In this document: positions 26,596-37,430 of the stretch, in pieces
Layout of the letters: each line of letters opens with the position of its first letter
Numbering within the stretch: position 1 is the stretch's first letter
Source of the DNA: Patescibacteria group bacterium
GTDB taxonomy: Bacteria; Patescibacteriota; Minisyncoccia; Phycocordibacterales; UBA9973
Length of the DNA: 64,000 nt
Direction: 5' to 3'
Assembly: GCA_038063915.1 (NCBI GenBank)
Contig: JBBTUE010000004.1
Span: 38,719 to 102,718 of the forward strand
Made by a program: the position numbers and the translations under genes
The notes under the pieces: generated by a model
What the model saw: only the letters and a program-made list of their open reading frames with translations
Databases searched by the model: none
Told to the model about the DNA's origin: nothing

Positions 26596-27786
26596 ATGAA
26601 ACAAAAGTCCACATCGGTATCACATAAAAAGAAATGCTCATATTGCGCAGATGCGCCAGTGAACCACAAGCTCTATTATTTAGAGAGTATTGTTTCGTCA
26701 GCTTTTGAGTCTCATATGGCAGGGGTGACAAGGCACGCTCCAAATTTCCTGAAAGATTTTGCCAGTTTCATACCAATAGCACTTTTTAAGGTTCTCATAA
26801 AACTTAAACTAGCACACTTTTCTTCTGATATTGAAAAAGTTTGTTCGTTTCGGTCTCGTGTTATTTGGGAGGAAGCGAAAAGGCGGGGGATTCCCATGGA
26901 ACAAATCATACTTGGTAAAAAGCCACTCGATTGGTATCGAGCAGTTCTAGACGGCAAAGCCATTTATTTTGAAAGTATTCCAATCCAACCACAATTTCTG
27001 GATTTCAAAAAAGATTGGGATAATAAGATAATACTTAAAAAAGAATTATCAAAACATAATATACCTGTACCTTCATATAAAAAACTTTCAATATTTAGAT
27101 TAAGAAATTTAAATAAAATATTTTCAAAATTCAAAACGCCGGTGATTGTAAAACCGCAATTAGGGTCAAGAGCTCGCCACACAGTCACTAATATTAATTC
27201 CCTGAAACATTTTAAAGAGGGAGTAACTATAGCAGGACAAATTTCCCCTTATCTTGTTGTCGAGGAGCATTTGTATGGCCACGTATGTCGGGCAACTCTA
27301 GTCGGTGGAGTGCTCGCGGGATTTTATAAGGGGGAGTTGCCATTCATAATTGGTGATGGAGAAAAAACAATTCAAGAATTGATAAAAGAGAAAGACAGAG
27401 GGCGAATCGAGCGCTATCATATTCGTGTAGTAGATGAATTGCACGATCACATACTACGATCAGGTTTTACTATCGATGATATTTTGCCGAAAGAAATGTA
27501 TTTACCACTTTCTCATCGCACAGGCCAACTGTTTGGAGGGATGACCTCAGAGATGATAGATGAACTTCACCCGAGTTTTATTCCTATTTTAGAGAAAGCA
27601 GCAGGCGTTATCGGTCTGTCCGTCATAGGACTTGATTGTATTATTCCTGATCCAACTAAAGATGCGAGCGGGCAAAGATGGGGAATTATCGAATGCAATA
27701 CTCTGCCATTTATAAATATGCACTACTACGCACTCGTTGGTAAACCTCGCAACATCGCCGGCATGATTTGGGATTTGTGGAAATAA
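26596..27786 (+). CDS. ATP-grasp domain protein (cyanophycin-synthetase/RimK-like fold)
   Basis: PVIVKPQLGSRARHTV...VVEEHLYGHVCRATLVGG...GLDCIIPDP...GIIECNTLPF matches an ATP-grasp core; the N-terminal domain is uncharacterised. Confidence 0.5.
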   Translation: MKQKSTSVSHKKKCSYCADAPVNHKLYYLESIVSSAFESHMAGVTRHAPNFLKDFASFIPIALFKVLIKLKLAHFSSDIEKVCSFRSRVIWEEAKRRGIPMEQIILGKKPLDWYRAVLDGKAIYFESIPIQPQFLDFKKDWDNKIILKKELSKHNIPVPSYKKLSIFRLRNLNKIFSKFKTPVIVKPQLGSRARHTVTNINSLKHFKEGVTIAGQISPYLVVEEHLYGHVCRATLVGGVLAGFYKGELPFIIGDGEKTIQELIKEKDRGRIERYHIRVVDELHDHILRSGFTIDDILPKEMYLPLSHRTGQLFGGMTSEMIDELHPSFIPILEKAAGVIGLSVIGLDCIIPDPTKDASGQRWGIIECNTLPFINMHYYALVGKPRNIAGMIWDLWK

Positions 27787-28461
27787 TTAATGCGCTACTG
27801 TAAAACCGACGACTTTTTTGGCTCCAAATTTTTTAAATAGTTTCATTATCTCCCGCAAAGTTGCGCCTGTTGTCGTCACGTCGTCTACTATTATTATAGT
27901 TCTTCCTTTTATATCATTAAAATTTTTAACTTCAAATGCCCCGTGGATATTTTGGATTCTCTTTGCGCGATTGGCGATTCGTGCTTGGGGTATAGTATCA
28001 ATATTTTTGACTATAAAATCGTCTCTCAGTTCAAGAGCTCCACTACCTTCACTGAGACAAAATTGCTTCCCTATGATTTCGGCTTGGTTGTATCCACGTG
28101 ATTTTCCGCGCGATCTTGAGACTGGTACAGGTACTACATATATGGTTCTACCTTGCGAATACTCTCTAATATCAGATATATCTTCAATCCTCCCTTCGTA
28201 CAATAACTGCCCTAGTCTTTCCCCAAGATGTCGATGCTTGTGGTACTTTAGATCCCAAATAGCTTTTTTAACTACAGGGTCACGGTAGTCGTATAGCGCA
28301 TATATATTGCTGTCCGTCTCACGTTCAGCTATACGTATCTTGGAAATACAGTTATCACATATAATTTCTCCTCGAATATGACAAGAGATACATGATCTCG
28401 GAAATAATATATCAAGTAGCCAATTTACCACCGACTTCATAGGTTTTATTCTTTGTTCCAC
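27787..28461 (-). CDS. comF: ComF-family competence protein (phosphoribosyltransferase domain)
   Basis: N-terminal zinc-finger CISCHIRGEIICDNC, C-terminal PRTase motif IIIVDDVTTTGATL. Confidence 0.8.
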   Translation of the reverse strand: MEQRIKPMKSVVNWLLDILFPRSCISCHIRGEIICDNCISKIRIAERETDSNIYALYDYRDPVVKKAIWDLKYHKHRHLGERLGQLLYEGRIEDISDIREYSQGRTIYVVPVPVSRSRGKSRGYNQAEIIGKQFCLSEGSGALELRDDFIVKNIDTIPQARIANRAKRIQNIHGAFEVKNFNDIKGRTIIIVDDVTTTGATLREIMKLFKKFGAKKVVGFTVAH

Positions 28462-28505
28462 AGCCTTATTTTACTATAGCTATGCTATACTAGATAGTAC
28501 GCAAT

Positions 28506-29654
28506 ATGGATAATTCACTAAAGAAAATCATATCTTCTGGCTTGGAGAGCTTATCTAAAATCTTTACTTCCAACAAATCATCAAGTAATGCCCTCGGTAT
28601 CGATATTGGTTCTTCGTCGATCAAAGTTGTTCAGCTTAAGAAAAAAGGAGGCAAGGCAATACTTGAGACGTACGGAGCACTTTCCCTTGGCCCATATGGT
28701 AAATCTGAAGTTGGGGCGATAGCCAGTCTTCAAACAGAAGACATCGCTCGCGCACTTGTAGATCTAATGAAAGAGTCAAACGTTACGACCAAGTCTGGAG
28801 TTGTTGCTATCCCATCATCTTCAAGTTTGATTTTTACTATTTCCCTGCCAAGCAGGGTTACAGAGGATCAATTGCCTAGTATTGTACCCATTGAAGCTCG
28901 TAAGTATATACCAGTTCCTATTTCTGAAGTAAGCCTCGATTGGTTCATGGTTCCTCCTGAGATTTCAGTATTTGATAATAGTACTATTCCACAACCAAGC
29001 AATACAGCAGATGTTGATCCAAATATAGAAGTTTTAGTGGTAGCAATACACAACGATATACTGTCTCGCTACCAAGATATTCTTTCAAAGACAGATATCC
29101 GCGCGGAGTCCTTTGAAATGGAGATATTTAGTAATATAAGGTCTTCTTTTGGACATGATTTAACACCGATACTCTTTATAGATTTTGGAGCTTCCAAGAC
29201 CAAGTTATCTATTGTCGAAGGTGGAGTTGTGCGTGTTTTCCATATAGTTAATAGAGGCTCACAAGACATAACCCGTAATATTTCTTCGTCCCTAGGTATC
29301 TCATTTGAAGAGGCTGAAAAGTTAAAGCGGTCAGTTGGACTAAATGAAGCAAGCAATTCCCAGGTGGCAGATATAGTGCGTTTGTCGGTGGATTACATCT
29401 TTTCAGATACAAATAGTGTTGTACTTGCCTACGAGAAGAAGTATAATAAGAGTATAAGTAAAGTTATATTAGTCGGTGGAGGCTCACTCATAAGAGGTCT
29501 TCTTGAGAAAGCTATAGAAAGTCTCCATACAGAAGTAGTGCACGGGGATCCGTTTTCTAAAACAGAGGCTCCAGCGTTCCTTAAACCAGTTCTAGAACTT
29601 AGTGGTCCAGAGTTCTCAGTTGCAGTTGGGCTCGCGCTCCGACAATTATCGTAA
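28506..29654 (+). CDS. pilM: type IV pilus assembly protein PilM
   Basis: LGIDIGSSSIKVVQLKKKGGKAILETYG actin-like ATPase fold; first gene of the pil locus. Confidence 0.8.
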   Translation: MDNSLKKIISSGLESLSKIFTSNKSSSNALGIDIGSSSIKVVQLKKKGGKAILETYGALSLGPYGKSEVGAIASLQTEDIARALVDLMKESNVTTKSGVVAIPSSSSLIFTISLPSRVTEDQLPSIVPIEARKYIPVPISEVSLDWFMVPPEISVFDNSTIPQPSNTADVDPNIEVLVVAIHNDILSRYQDILSKTDIRAESFEMEIFSNIRSSFGHDLTPILFIDFGASKTKLSIVEGGVVRVFHIVNRGSQDITRNISSSLGISFEEAEKLKRSVGLNEASNSQVADIVRLSVDYIFSDTNSVVLAYEKKYNKSISKVILVGGGSLIRGLLEKAIESLHTEVVHGDPFSKTEAPAFLKPVLELSGPEFSVAVGLALRQLS

Positions 29655-29660
29655 TATATT

Positions 29661-30350
29661 ATGGAGAATTCATTTCAAACATCATTCATACCAAAGAAAC
29701 CTATATCTACTACAAGTAGTAGCGGTAAGTCTACTCGTCCTCCGACTAGCATTTTTACTGCCCTGTCTTTCTTCGTGCTTATTATTGTAGGAGCTCTATG
29801 TGTCGGTCTCTTTTTATATAAGAATTATCTAATAAAAGAAAAGCAAACACTATCAACATCTCTCGAGAGGGTCCGGGATACGTTTGAAAAAGATACTATA
29901 GATGAACTCGAACTCTATGATAAGAGGTCATCTGCAGCAAAAAGAGTTCTAAGTCAGCATATAGTACTTACTCCACTATTTACTTTACTTGGTGCTATTA
30001 CCATACCGCAAGTTCAATATACTAATTTTAGACATGAAACAGGAAGTCAAGGATTTCAAGTTCTACTCACAGGTGTTGCTAATGACTATAAGTCGGTTGC
30101 TCTTCAGGCTGATGCATTCAATAGTGCAAAAGGGCGTTCATTTAAGAATGTTGTTTTTTCAGATATCAATAAAGACAAAAATAATAATGTTAATTTTCAT
30201 GTAGAGTTTACCGTAGACCCGAATCTGCTTGCATATGATAAAAATATACTACTTGAGCAATCTCAACCAAAGCTACAACCAACTGCCTTGCCAGTTGTTA
30301 ATCCAACTGAAGCTGAGACTGCAGTGCCAGTAGATAATAAACCACAATAA
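29661..30350 (+). CDS. pilN: PilN-like pilus assembly protein
   Basis: Single N-terminal TM plus periplasmic domain; follows pilM. Confidence 0.5.
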   Translation: MENSFQTSFIPKKPISTTSSSGKSTRPPTSIFTALSFFVLIIVGALCVGLFLYKNYLIKEKQTLSTSLERVRDTFEKDTIDELELYDKRSSAAKRVLSQHIVLTPLFTLLGAITIPQVQYTNFRHETGSQGFQVLLTGVANDYKSVALQADAFNSAKGRSFKNVVFSDINKDKNNNVNFHVEFTVDPNLLAYDKNILLEQSQPKLQPTALPVVNPTEAETAVPVDNKPQ

Positions 30351-30352
30351 TT

Positions 30353-30952
30353 ATGAAATTTATTTTTTCAATTTTACTTCTAATAATATCAGGCATACTA
30401 TTCTTTACGATAGTAGATCCTCTCTATGGCGATGTATCAAAATTACGCACTGAAGTAGCAACTTATAACATCGCACTTGATAATTCGACAGATTTACAAA
30501 AAACAAGAGATCAGTTAGTAGATAATTACAAGAACATAAATAAAGATGACAAAGAGAGACTTGATCACTTCCTTCCAAATACAGTTAATAATATTAAATT
30601 TATACTAGAAATCGAACGCATTGCGAACTCTCATAGTATGCCAGTGAAAAATATTAGATTCGAACCACAAAAGACTTCGGATGTTAAAACTACGGCAAAT
30701 GGAAATACCACAGTTATCACTTCTAGCGACCCCTCCGCTTCTCTTCCATACGGCTCTTTCCCGATTGAATTTACGACGGAAGGTGACTACAATACATTTG
30801 TATTATTTCTTAAAGATATTGAGCGCAATCTACGCCTAGTAGATGTAAAATCCATTAACTTCACGGTCCCTCAGTTAGACAAAACTACACTTGGAATTGA
30901 TCCAAATAATTATACTTATAATTTAAAAGTTGAAACTTATTGGCTAAAATAG
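30353..30952 (+). CDS. pilO: PilO-like pilus assembly protein
   Basis: N-terminal TM, coiled-coil, then periplasmic domain; called by position. Confidence 0.5.
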   Translation: MKFIFSILLLIISGILFFTIVDPLYGDVSKLRTEVATYNIALDNSTDLQKTRDQLVDNYKNINKDDKERLDHFLPNTVNNIKFILEIERIANSHSMPVKNIRFEPQKTSDVKTTANGNTTVITSSDPSASLPYGSFPIEFTTEGDYNTFVLFLKDIERNLRLVDVKSINFTVPQLDKTTLGIDPNNYTYNLKVETYWLK

Positions 30953-30953
30953 T

Positions 30954-31610
30954 ATGAACACAACTTACAATAAATTTTTAATATTGATTGCACTAGTCGC
31001 TATCACCTCTGGAGTATTTACATATGTTTCTAATAATTTAGATGTATTACCATCTACTCAGACATCGTCCGCTCTATCCACGTCTTCTTCTCAAGGAGGT
31101 ATCCCAACTACTGATACAGTTAGTGACGTCAATGATAAAATATCACAAGATACAGCCTTCTTGACCACTTTGGTTTCTCTTACAAAAATCCAAATCAATA
31201 CATCGATATTCTCTGATGCAGGGTTCAAAGCTCTCAAAGACAATACTGTAGTGATAGAACAGGTTACCCCAGGTAGGCCAAATCCTTTTGCTCCTGTGAA
31301 TAATAATGTATTTACAAGCAACACCCCAGCATCCCCAGTAGTAACAAATGAGCCAACCCAAGTTACAGATAAGTCTGCGTTACTCTCTGGTGGAGTTGAA
31401 GATGTTAACGACAATACGATTACTTATTTTGATTACGGTCCGACAGAAAGCCTCGGTAAATCTACTCCGCCAGTAAAGCAGTCGCTCATAGGTAACTTTG
31501 TTACTAGTGTCACTAACTTGAAACCAAAGACTGCATATTTCTTTCGAGCAGTTGCAAAGATAAATGGGACGGTGCACAATGGAGAAATAATTTCATTTAC
31601 TACAAACTAG
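30954..31610 (+). CDS. membrane-anchored protein, hypothetical (PilP/PilQ-substitute position)
   Basis: N-terminal TM, Ser/Thr-rich region, β-rich C-terminus; position between pilO and pilB. Confidence 0.3.
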   Translation: MNTTYNKFLILIALVAITSGVFTYVSNNLDVLPSTQTSSALSTSSSQGGIPTTDTVSDVNDKISQDTAFLTTLVSLTKIQINTSIFSDAGFKALKDNTVVIEQVTPGRPNPFAPVNNNVFTSNTPASPVVTNEPTQVTDKSALLSGGVEDVNDNTITYFDYGPTESLGKSTPPVKQSLIGNFVTSVTNLKPKTAYFFRAVAKINGTVHNGEIISFTTN

Positions 31611-31611
31611 T

Positions 31612-33348
31612 ATGATACTTCTTGAATCTCTAGTAAAAAATAATGTACTCCGCGAAGATCAAATACCAGAAGTTATAAGAATTGCCGATGAGAAATATAG
31701 TGGCAACATAGACGAAGCTTTGCTTGATTTAAATATAGACGAAGACAAAATTCTTGAGGTTAAGGGTTCTATTTTTAATATTCCAGTTAGGATTATTGAT
31801 CCACAAAGTGTTGAACCCTCGATACTCAAACTTATTCCAGTCGACGCTGCAAAAATATATCACTTCTTACCAATCGGAGAGAGTGACAGTGTTCTTGAGA
31901 TAGGAATAATTGACCCAGAAAATGTTCAGGCAATGGATGCCCTAACTTTTATTACAGCAAAATTAAATAAACCCTTCAAACTATTTTTAATAAAAACTTC
32001 TACATATAACAAACTACTCGGAACTTATGAAGGTATTGACAGTCAAGTTGATCAAGCACTATCCGAGCTTGATGCCGAGATTGCTGATACTAAAGATGAT
32101 GGAGTAACAATAGAATCAAATACAAAAACATCTGATAGCTTAAAGCCAGGAGAAGAGGAACGAATCGTAGAAGATGCACCGATAATAAAAATTGTGGCAG
32201 TAATACTTCGCCACGCAACAGAGGGGAGAGCGTCTGATATCCACATCGAAAATGTTGGCGATAAAATCAGAGTGCGTTTCCGTGTTGATGGTACACTCCA
32301 TACTTCGATTGTTCTACCTATCAGTGTTTATAATGGTGTTGTTGCTCGTATTAAAATCCTTGCGAAGTTGCGCCTGGATGAAAAACGTAAACCGCAAGAC
32401 GGTGGATTTTCAGCTAAAATTGACGGTCGCAAGATTGATTTTCGTGTTTCAACTATGCCATCTTACTATGGTGAGAAGGTTGAAATGAGAATACTTGATC
32501 CAGAGCGAGGAATACAGAAGCTAGATCAACTGGATATGTCACCAGAGAATTTAATGATGGTGAAAGAAGCGCTAGATAAACCTTACGGATTGATATTAAT
32601 CACTGGTCCGACAGGATCAGGTAAGAGCACTACTCTCTACTCTATGATAAACGAACTCGATCACGAAGCGCAGAATATTATTTCACTAGAAGATCCAGTT
32701 GAGTACCATATTGATGGGGTGAATCAATCCCAAGTCATGCCTGAGATTGGCTATACTTTTGCTTCGGGCTTGCGTTCAATACTTCGTCAGGACCCAGATA
32801 TTATAATGGTAGGAGAGATCCGCGACAAAGAGACTGCCGAACTCGCCATCCAAGCTGCTCTTACTGGTCACTTGGTTTTCTCAACTCTCCATACTAATAC
32901 TGCAGTCGGAGCCATCCCTCGTCTTATCGATATGGGAATCGACCCATATCTAATTGCACCTACTTTAGTGCTTTGTATTGCTCAGCGTCTTGCTCACCGT
33001 ATTCATCCTACTTCTCGCCACGCAACTCCGATAGATGAAGCTACCAAACTCATGTTTGATAAGCAATTCCATGACCTACCAGTAGAGTTTAAATCTAAGT
33101 TAAATATAGGTGATACAGTTTATGAAGCCAAGCCGTCTGCCGAGTGTCCATCAGGGCTTCGCGGGCGCATATCACTGTTTGAAATGTTTAAGGTAGACAA
33201 AGAAATGCAGAGTATAATACTGAAGAAACCTGAAGAACAGGAAATATATAAACTAGCAAGGTCAAGAGGTATGCTTACACTGCGAGAAGATGCTATCATG
33301 AAATCTGCTAATGGTCTCATACCATTTAAAGAAATCTATAATTACTAG
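31612..33348 (+). CDS. pilB: type IV pilus assembly ATPase PilB (GspE family)
   Basis: N-terminal GspE_N domain, Walker A LITGPTGSGKSTTL, Asp/His boxes, tetracysteine CPxC motif. Confidence 0.9.
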   Translation: MILLESLVKNNVLREDQIPEVIRIADEKYSGNIDEALLDLNIDEDKILEVKGSIFNIPVRIIDPQSVEPSILKLIPVDAAKIYHFLPIGESDSVLEIGIIDPENVQAMDALTFITAKLNKPFKLFLIKTSTYNKLLGTYEGIDSQVDQALSELDAEIADTKDDGVTIESNTKTSDSLKPGEEERIVEDAPIIKIVAVILRHATEGRASDIHIENVGDKIRVRFRVDGTLHTSIVLPISVYNGVVARIKILAKLRLDEKRKPQDGGFSAKIDGRKIDFRVSTMPSYYGEKVEMRILDPERGIQKLDQLDMSPENLMMVKEALDKPYGLILITGPTGSGKSTTLYSMINELDHEAQNIISLEDPVEYHIDGVNQSQVMPEIGYTFASGLRSILRQDPDIIMVGEIRDKETAELAIQAALTGHLVFSTLHTNTAVGAIPRLIDMGIDPYLIAPTLVLCIAQRLAHRIHPTSRHATPIDEATKLMFDKQFHDLPVEFKSKLNIGDTVYEAKPSAECPSGLRGRISLFEMFKVDKEMQSIILKKPEEQEIYKLARSRGMLTLREDAIMKSANGLIPFKEIYNY

Positions 33349-33392
33349 TGTGTATAGTAAAATATATATAACTGTACTATAATACCTTATAT

Positions 33393-33782
33393 ATGGAACC
33401 TAGAAAGAAAATTTTTATTATCGACGATGACAGCTTCTTACTCGATATGTATGCACTAAAGTTTAATCAGTCAAACTTTAGTGTAACTACTGCACTTGGG
33501 CCTGAGCCCGCACTCGAGAAGTTCCACCAAGGCTATATACCCGATGTTATTCTTCTTGATATTGTTATGCCAGTCATGGATGGATTTGAACTTATGGAAA
33601 AATTAAAAGAAGAAAATTTAGCACAATCTGCTATCTTTATTATACTTTCAAATCGTGGTCAACCTTCAGATATTGCAAGAGGTGAGTCTTTAGGTGCCGC
33701 AGGATATATAGTAAAAGCTTCAAGTACGCCATCAGAAGTGATAGACAAAGTTAATAGTATTATAAATAGCACTAAGAAATAA
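33393..33782 (+). CDS. response regulator receiver protein (PilH/PilG-like)
   Basis: IFIIDDD...VILLDIVMPVMDGFEL...K; standalone receiver inside the pil operon. Confidence 0.8.
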   Translation: MEPRKKIFIIDDDSFLLDMYALKFNQSNFSVTTALGPEPALEKFHQGYIPDVILLDIVMPVMDGFELMEKLKEENLAQSAIFIILSNRGQPSDIARGESLGAAGYIVKASSTPSEVIDKVNSIINSTKK

Positions 33783-33789
33783 TATTAAA

Positions 33790-34848
33790 ATGAATCATCA
33801 AAAATTATTAGATGAATTGTTGACTAGTTTAATGCATGAAGATGGATCAGATCTACATTTGGGTGCGGATCGTAAACCTGCCATGCGTGTAAATGGTCAA
33901 CTTCTTTTTCTTACAAACCAAGATGTTCTTAGCCGTGACGACATGGTTGGGATACTGACTATACTTGTTGGCTCTAAGAGAACTGATAAATTTCTGATAG
34001 ATAAAGAAATTGACTTCTCGTACTCGTTTAAGAATACTACCCACCTTCGAGGCAACGCATTTTTCCAAAGAGGATCCATATGTATAGCGCTTCGTCTGAT
34101 TCCTAAGGCTAAAACTTTAGAAGACTTGAATTTACCACCAATACTCGCAAGTTTTACAACTAAAAACCAAGGATTTTTCCTAGTAGTCGGACCTGTTGGC
34201 CAGGGTAAATCTACTACACTCTCGACTATGATAAATATGATAAATAAAGACAGGGCTGCTCATATTGTAACTATCGAGGATCCCATTGAATTTATATATG
34301 AGCCAGATAAATCGATTATTGATCAGCGAGAGATAGGGGATGATACAAAAGATTTCTCTGTTGCCCTCAAATCAGTTTTCCGTGAAGACGTAAATGTTAT
34401 ATTTATTGGTGAAATGCGCTCTCCTGAGACTATCGCGGCTGCTGTAACTGCTGCGGAAACTGGGCACCTTGTCTTCTCGACGCTACATACTAATAATGCT
34501 GCTCAGACTATTGATCGTATTATAGATTCATTTCCATCGGCTCAACAAGATCAGATTAGACTTCAATTATCTTCTAGTTTACTTGGAGTCTTCTCACAGC
34601 GTCTAATCCCTCGTATATCGGGAGGGCGCGTTCCGGCTTATGAACTTCTCATAAACAATAATGCGGTATCAAATCTAATCAGAGAGAAACGAACTCATGA
34701 GATCAGTAATGTCATCGAGACTTCTTCTGAGCAAGGAATGGTAGATATGAATCGATCTCTTGTCGAATTAGTCCAAAAAGGGGAAATTACCATGGAGTCA
34801 GCTTATCAGTACTCCGTTAACCCTAAAGCTCTTGAACGCATGCTCTAA
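33790..34848 (+). CDS. pilT: twitching motility / pilus retraction ATPase PilT
   Basis: Walker A VVGPVGQGKSTTL; PilT family. Confidence 0.9.
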   Translation: MNHQKLLDELLTSLMHEDGSDLHLGADRKPAMRVNGQLLFLTNQDVLSRDDMVGILTILVGSKRTDKFLIDKEIDFSYSFKNTTHLRGNAFFQRGSICIALRLIPKAKTLEDLNLPPILASFTTKNQGFFLVVGPVGQGKSTTLSTMINMINKDRAAHIVTIEDPIEFIYEPDKSIIDQREIGDDTKDFSVALKSVFREDVNVIFIGEMRSPETIAAAVTAAETGHLVFSTLHTNNAAQTIDRIIDSFPSAQQDQIRLQLSSSLLGVFSQRLIPRISGGRVPAYELLINNNAVSNLIREKRTHEISNVIETSSEQGMVDMNRSLVELVQKGEITMESAYQYSVNPKALERML

Positions 34849-34851
34849 TTT

Positions 34852-36060
34852 ATGTTATTCAACTATGAAGCCATATCAAATACCGGTGAGAAGAAGAAAG
34901 GATCTGTAGATGCTGGGTCTAAAGATTTAGCAATCTCAGCAATTCAAAGGAGAGGTCTGATAGTTGTGTCTATTAATGAAGGAGAAAGAAAGAAAGGTTT
35001 GATGCAAATGACATTTTTCGAGAAGGGTATTGCTATGAAAGACGTGGTTATAATGTCACGACAAATATCGACCTTATTTGAAGCCCAAGTTTCTGCTCTT
35101 AAAGCTTTCAATCTCCTTGCTACTAATACTGAAAATAAAGCCCTAGTAAAAGTTTTAACCAATGTTTCTGATGATATATCATCTGGTATTTCTATTTCAG
35201 AAGCTTTAGCCAAGCACCCAGAGGCTTTCTCTGTTTTCTATGTAAATATGGTTAAAGCTGGGGAAGAATCTGGTAAACTCACCCAGACATTTTCATATTT
35301 AGCTGAATATCTAGATAGACAATACCAACTTACTTCTAAGACTAAAAATGCCCTAATTTATCCAGGATTTGTAGTCGCTGTCTTTTTACTTGTTATGACT
35401 ATGATGTTCGTATTTATCGTGCCTAGGCTTGCTACTATTATTCAAGAATCTGGACAGGCTGTGCCGTTCTCTACTAAAATCGTCATGGGCATTAGTAGTT
35501 TACTTGTAAAATATGGTATTTTTATCTTAGTTGCACTTATAGCTTTTATGGCTTACGTTATACGATTTAGTCGGACAGATAGAGGTAAGCGCTACTTAGA
35601 TAGGATAAAGATAACAGCTCCAGTATTTAAAAATATATATTCAAAGCTATATTTATCGCGTATTTCAGATAATATGGACACAATGCTTTCATCTGGCATT
35701 CCTATTATCCGTGCGATTGAACTTACCGGGAATGTGGTTGGTAATAGTATTTACGAAGACATATTAAAAGATGTAACTGAGAAAGTTAAAGGAGGAGGCT
35801 CGTTCTCAGAGGCCTTATCTGCTCATCCAGAGATACCATCAATCATGGCTGGCATGGTTCGTGTCGGGGAAGAGACTGGGTCGATGGGTAACATTCTAAA
35901 AACACTTGGGCATTTCTATAGTCGTGAAGTTAACGATGCTGTCGATACTCTGGTCGGGCTCATCGAGCCACTTATGATTGTGGCGCTTGGTCTTGGAGTC
36001 GGACTCCTACTCGCATCAGTTCTCATGCCTATATACAACGTTGCTTCTGGGGTTCATTAA
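34852..36060 (+). CDS. pilC: type IV pilus platform protein PilC (GspF family)
   Basis: Two T2SSF domains and three TM segments. Confidence 0.9.
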   Translation: MLFNYEAISNTGEKKKGSVDAGSKDLAISAIQRRGLIVVSINEGERKKGLMQMTFFEKGIAMKDVVIMSRQISTLFEAQVSALKAFNLLATNTENKALVKVLTNVSDDISSGISISEALAKHPEAFSVFYVNMVKAGEESGKLTQTFSYLAEYLDRQYQLTSKTKNALIYPGFVVAVFLLVMTMMFVFIVPRLATIIQESGQAVPFSTKIVMGISSLLVKYGIFILVALIAFMAYVIRFSRTDRGKRYLDRIKITAPVFKNIYSKLYLSRISDNMDTMLSSGIPIIRAIELTGNVVGNSIYEDILKDVTEKVKGGGSFSEALSAHPEIPSIMAGMVRVGEETGSMGNILKTLGHFYSREVNDAVDTLVGLIEPLMIVALGLGVGLLLASVLMPIYNVASGVH

Positions 36061-36180
36061 AAGATATCCACAGTTGCCCCTAGTTGCATACATTTAAAGG
36101 AGATTCATGATATAATAATAGTATTAAAAATAAGGTCGCGTCTTTTTATAAAGGACACATTAATAGAATTAAATTTAAGT

Positions 36181-36714
36181 ATGAAATATAATAAAGGTTT
36201 TACGCTCATCGAACTCTTGGTGGTCATCGCCATCATTGGTATCCTTGCGTCAGTTGTGCTCGCTGCTCTTACGAATGCAAGAGTTAAGGGTCAACAGGCT
36301 GCTGTTCAGTCTCAAGTTTCAAATATGCGTGCCCAAGCAGAGCTCTTCTATGCTACAAATGGTCACTACGGTATGAATAGTGGTGTCGCTGGTGCTGGTT
36401 TTGGTGCTGCCGCAGGTTCTACTATTATGCCTACAGCTTCTTGTGCTACAGAAGTTGCCGCTGGTACTGGTAGTATGTTCCTCCAAGCAACATCTGGTAG
36501 TTTAGGTGCTTTGATAAAGGGTGTTTGTTCATCTGGTGCGACAGCTATAACTGCAAAACTTGATCCTCTTGCTAGTACAACAGTCGGTGCTGTTGCTTGG
36601 GGAATCCTAGCTCAAGCTCCAGGAACTAATATCTTCTACTGTGCAGATAGTACTGGTGCTTCAAAGGCTTATACTACTGCTACAGTATTTGCAACAACAG
36701 TATTTTGCCCATAG
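36181..36714 (+). CDS. pilA: type IV pilin (candidate major pilin)
   Basis: KGFTLIELLVVIAIIGILASVVLAAL prepilin leader plus hydrophobic helix; Gly/Ala-rich body. Confidence 0.85.
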   Translation: MKYNKGFTLIELLVVIAIIGILASVVLAALTNARVKGQQAAVQSQVSNMRAQAELFYATNGHYGMNSGVAGAGFGAAAGSTIMPTASCATEVAAGTGSMFLQATSGSLGALIKGVCSSGATAITAKLDPLASTTVGAVAWGILAQAPGTNIFYCADSTGASKAYTTATVFATTVFCP

Positions 36715-36740
36715 AGACTTGCTATCTTATATAGCTTTAA

Positions 36741-36772
36741 AACACTATCCACAAGGGATAGTGTTTTATTTT
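36741..36772 (+). terminator. rho-independent terminator after the pilin gene
   Basis: aacactatcc-acaag-ggatagtgtt followed by ttatttt. Confidence 0.75.
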
Positions 36773-36827
36773 GCAAATGGTATAATGGTTTTTATAAGAT
36801 ATATTAGTCATAATAAATTCATTCTCT

Positions 36828-37349
36828 ATGAAATATAATACAAAACACACCCTTAGACAGTCAGGCTTTACACTAATAGAATTAATGGTTGCTATATCTA
36901 TAATAGTAATTTTATCTCTCATAGTCATGGCATCACTTAACTCTGGGAAAGATAAAGGTAATGATTCTAAAGTTCAATCTCATCTTAAGTCTATGATAAA
37001 TCAGGCTCAACTGTATGTTGGACCGGCAAATGCGCAAGCCGCCTCAACAACAGCAATAACTACTGGCGATGGAGGGGGTACTGGCAATTTATTTAATAGT
37101 AATATTACTACAAATAATGGTCTATATCGTTTAATAGTCGGCTTGCCTACTGGAACAATTATCTATTATGCATCTGAAGCAACAGCTCCAGTAGCAGGAG
37201 GTAAATGGGCTATCGCAGCCTCAACATCAAAGGGATCTTATTGCGTTGACTATACTACTGCACTTAAATCAAACACAGCTGGGACTTCTATGACAGCAGC
37301 TAATGCATCGACTCAGTGGACTAGTTTAGCTGGATCATACGTTTGTTAA
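36828..37349 (+). CDS. type IV pilin (second pilin paralog)
   Basis: SGFTLIELMVAISIIVILSLIVMASL prepilin N-terminus. Confidence 0.8.
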   Translation: MKYNTKHTLRQSGFTLIELMVAISIIVILSLIVMASLNSGKDKGNDSKVQSHLKSMINQAQLYVGPANAQAASTTAITTGDGGGTGNLFNSNITTNNGLYRLIVGLPTGTIIYYASEATAPVAGGKWAIAASTSKGSYCVDYTTALKSNTAGTSMTAANASTQWTSLAGSYVC

Positions 37350-37365
37350 ATAAATCATTTCCTGA

Positions 37366-37400
37366 AAACTCTCTCTAGCTCAGACTAGGGAGAGTTTTTA
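37366..37400 (+). terminator. rho-independent terminator
   Basis: aactctctctag...ctagggagagtt hairpin followed by tttta. Confidence 0.6.
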
Positions 37401-37430
37401 GTTTCCGCGTCAAAATGATATAATATCTAT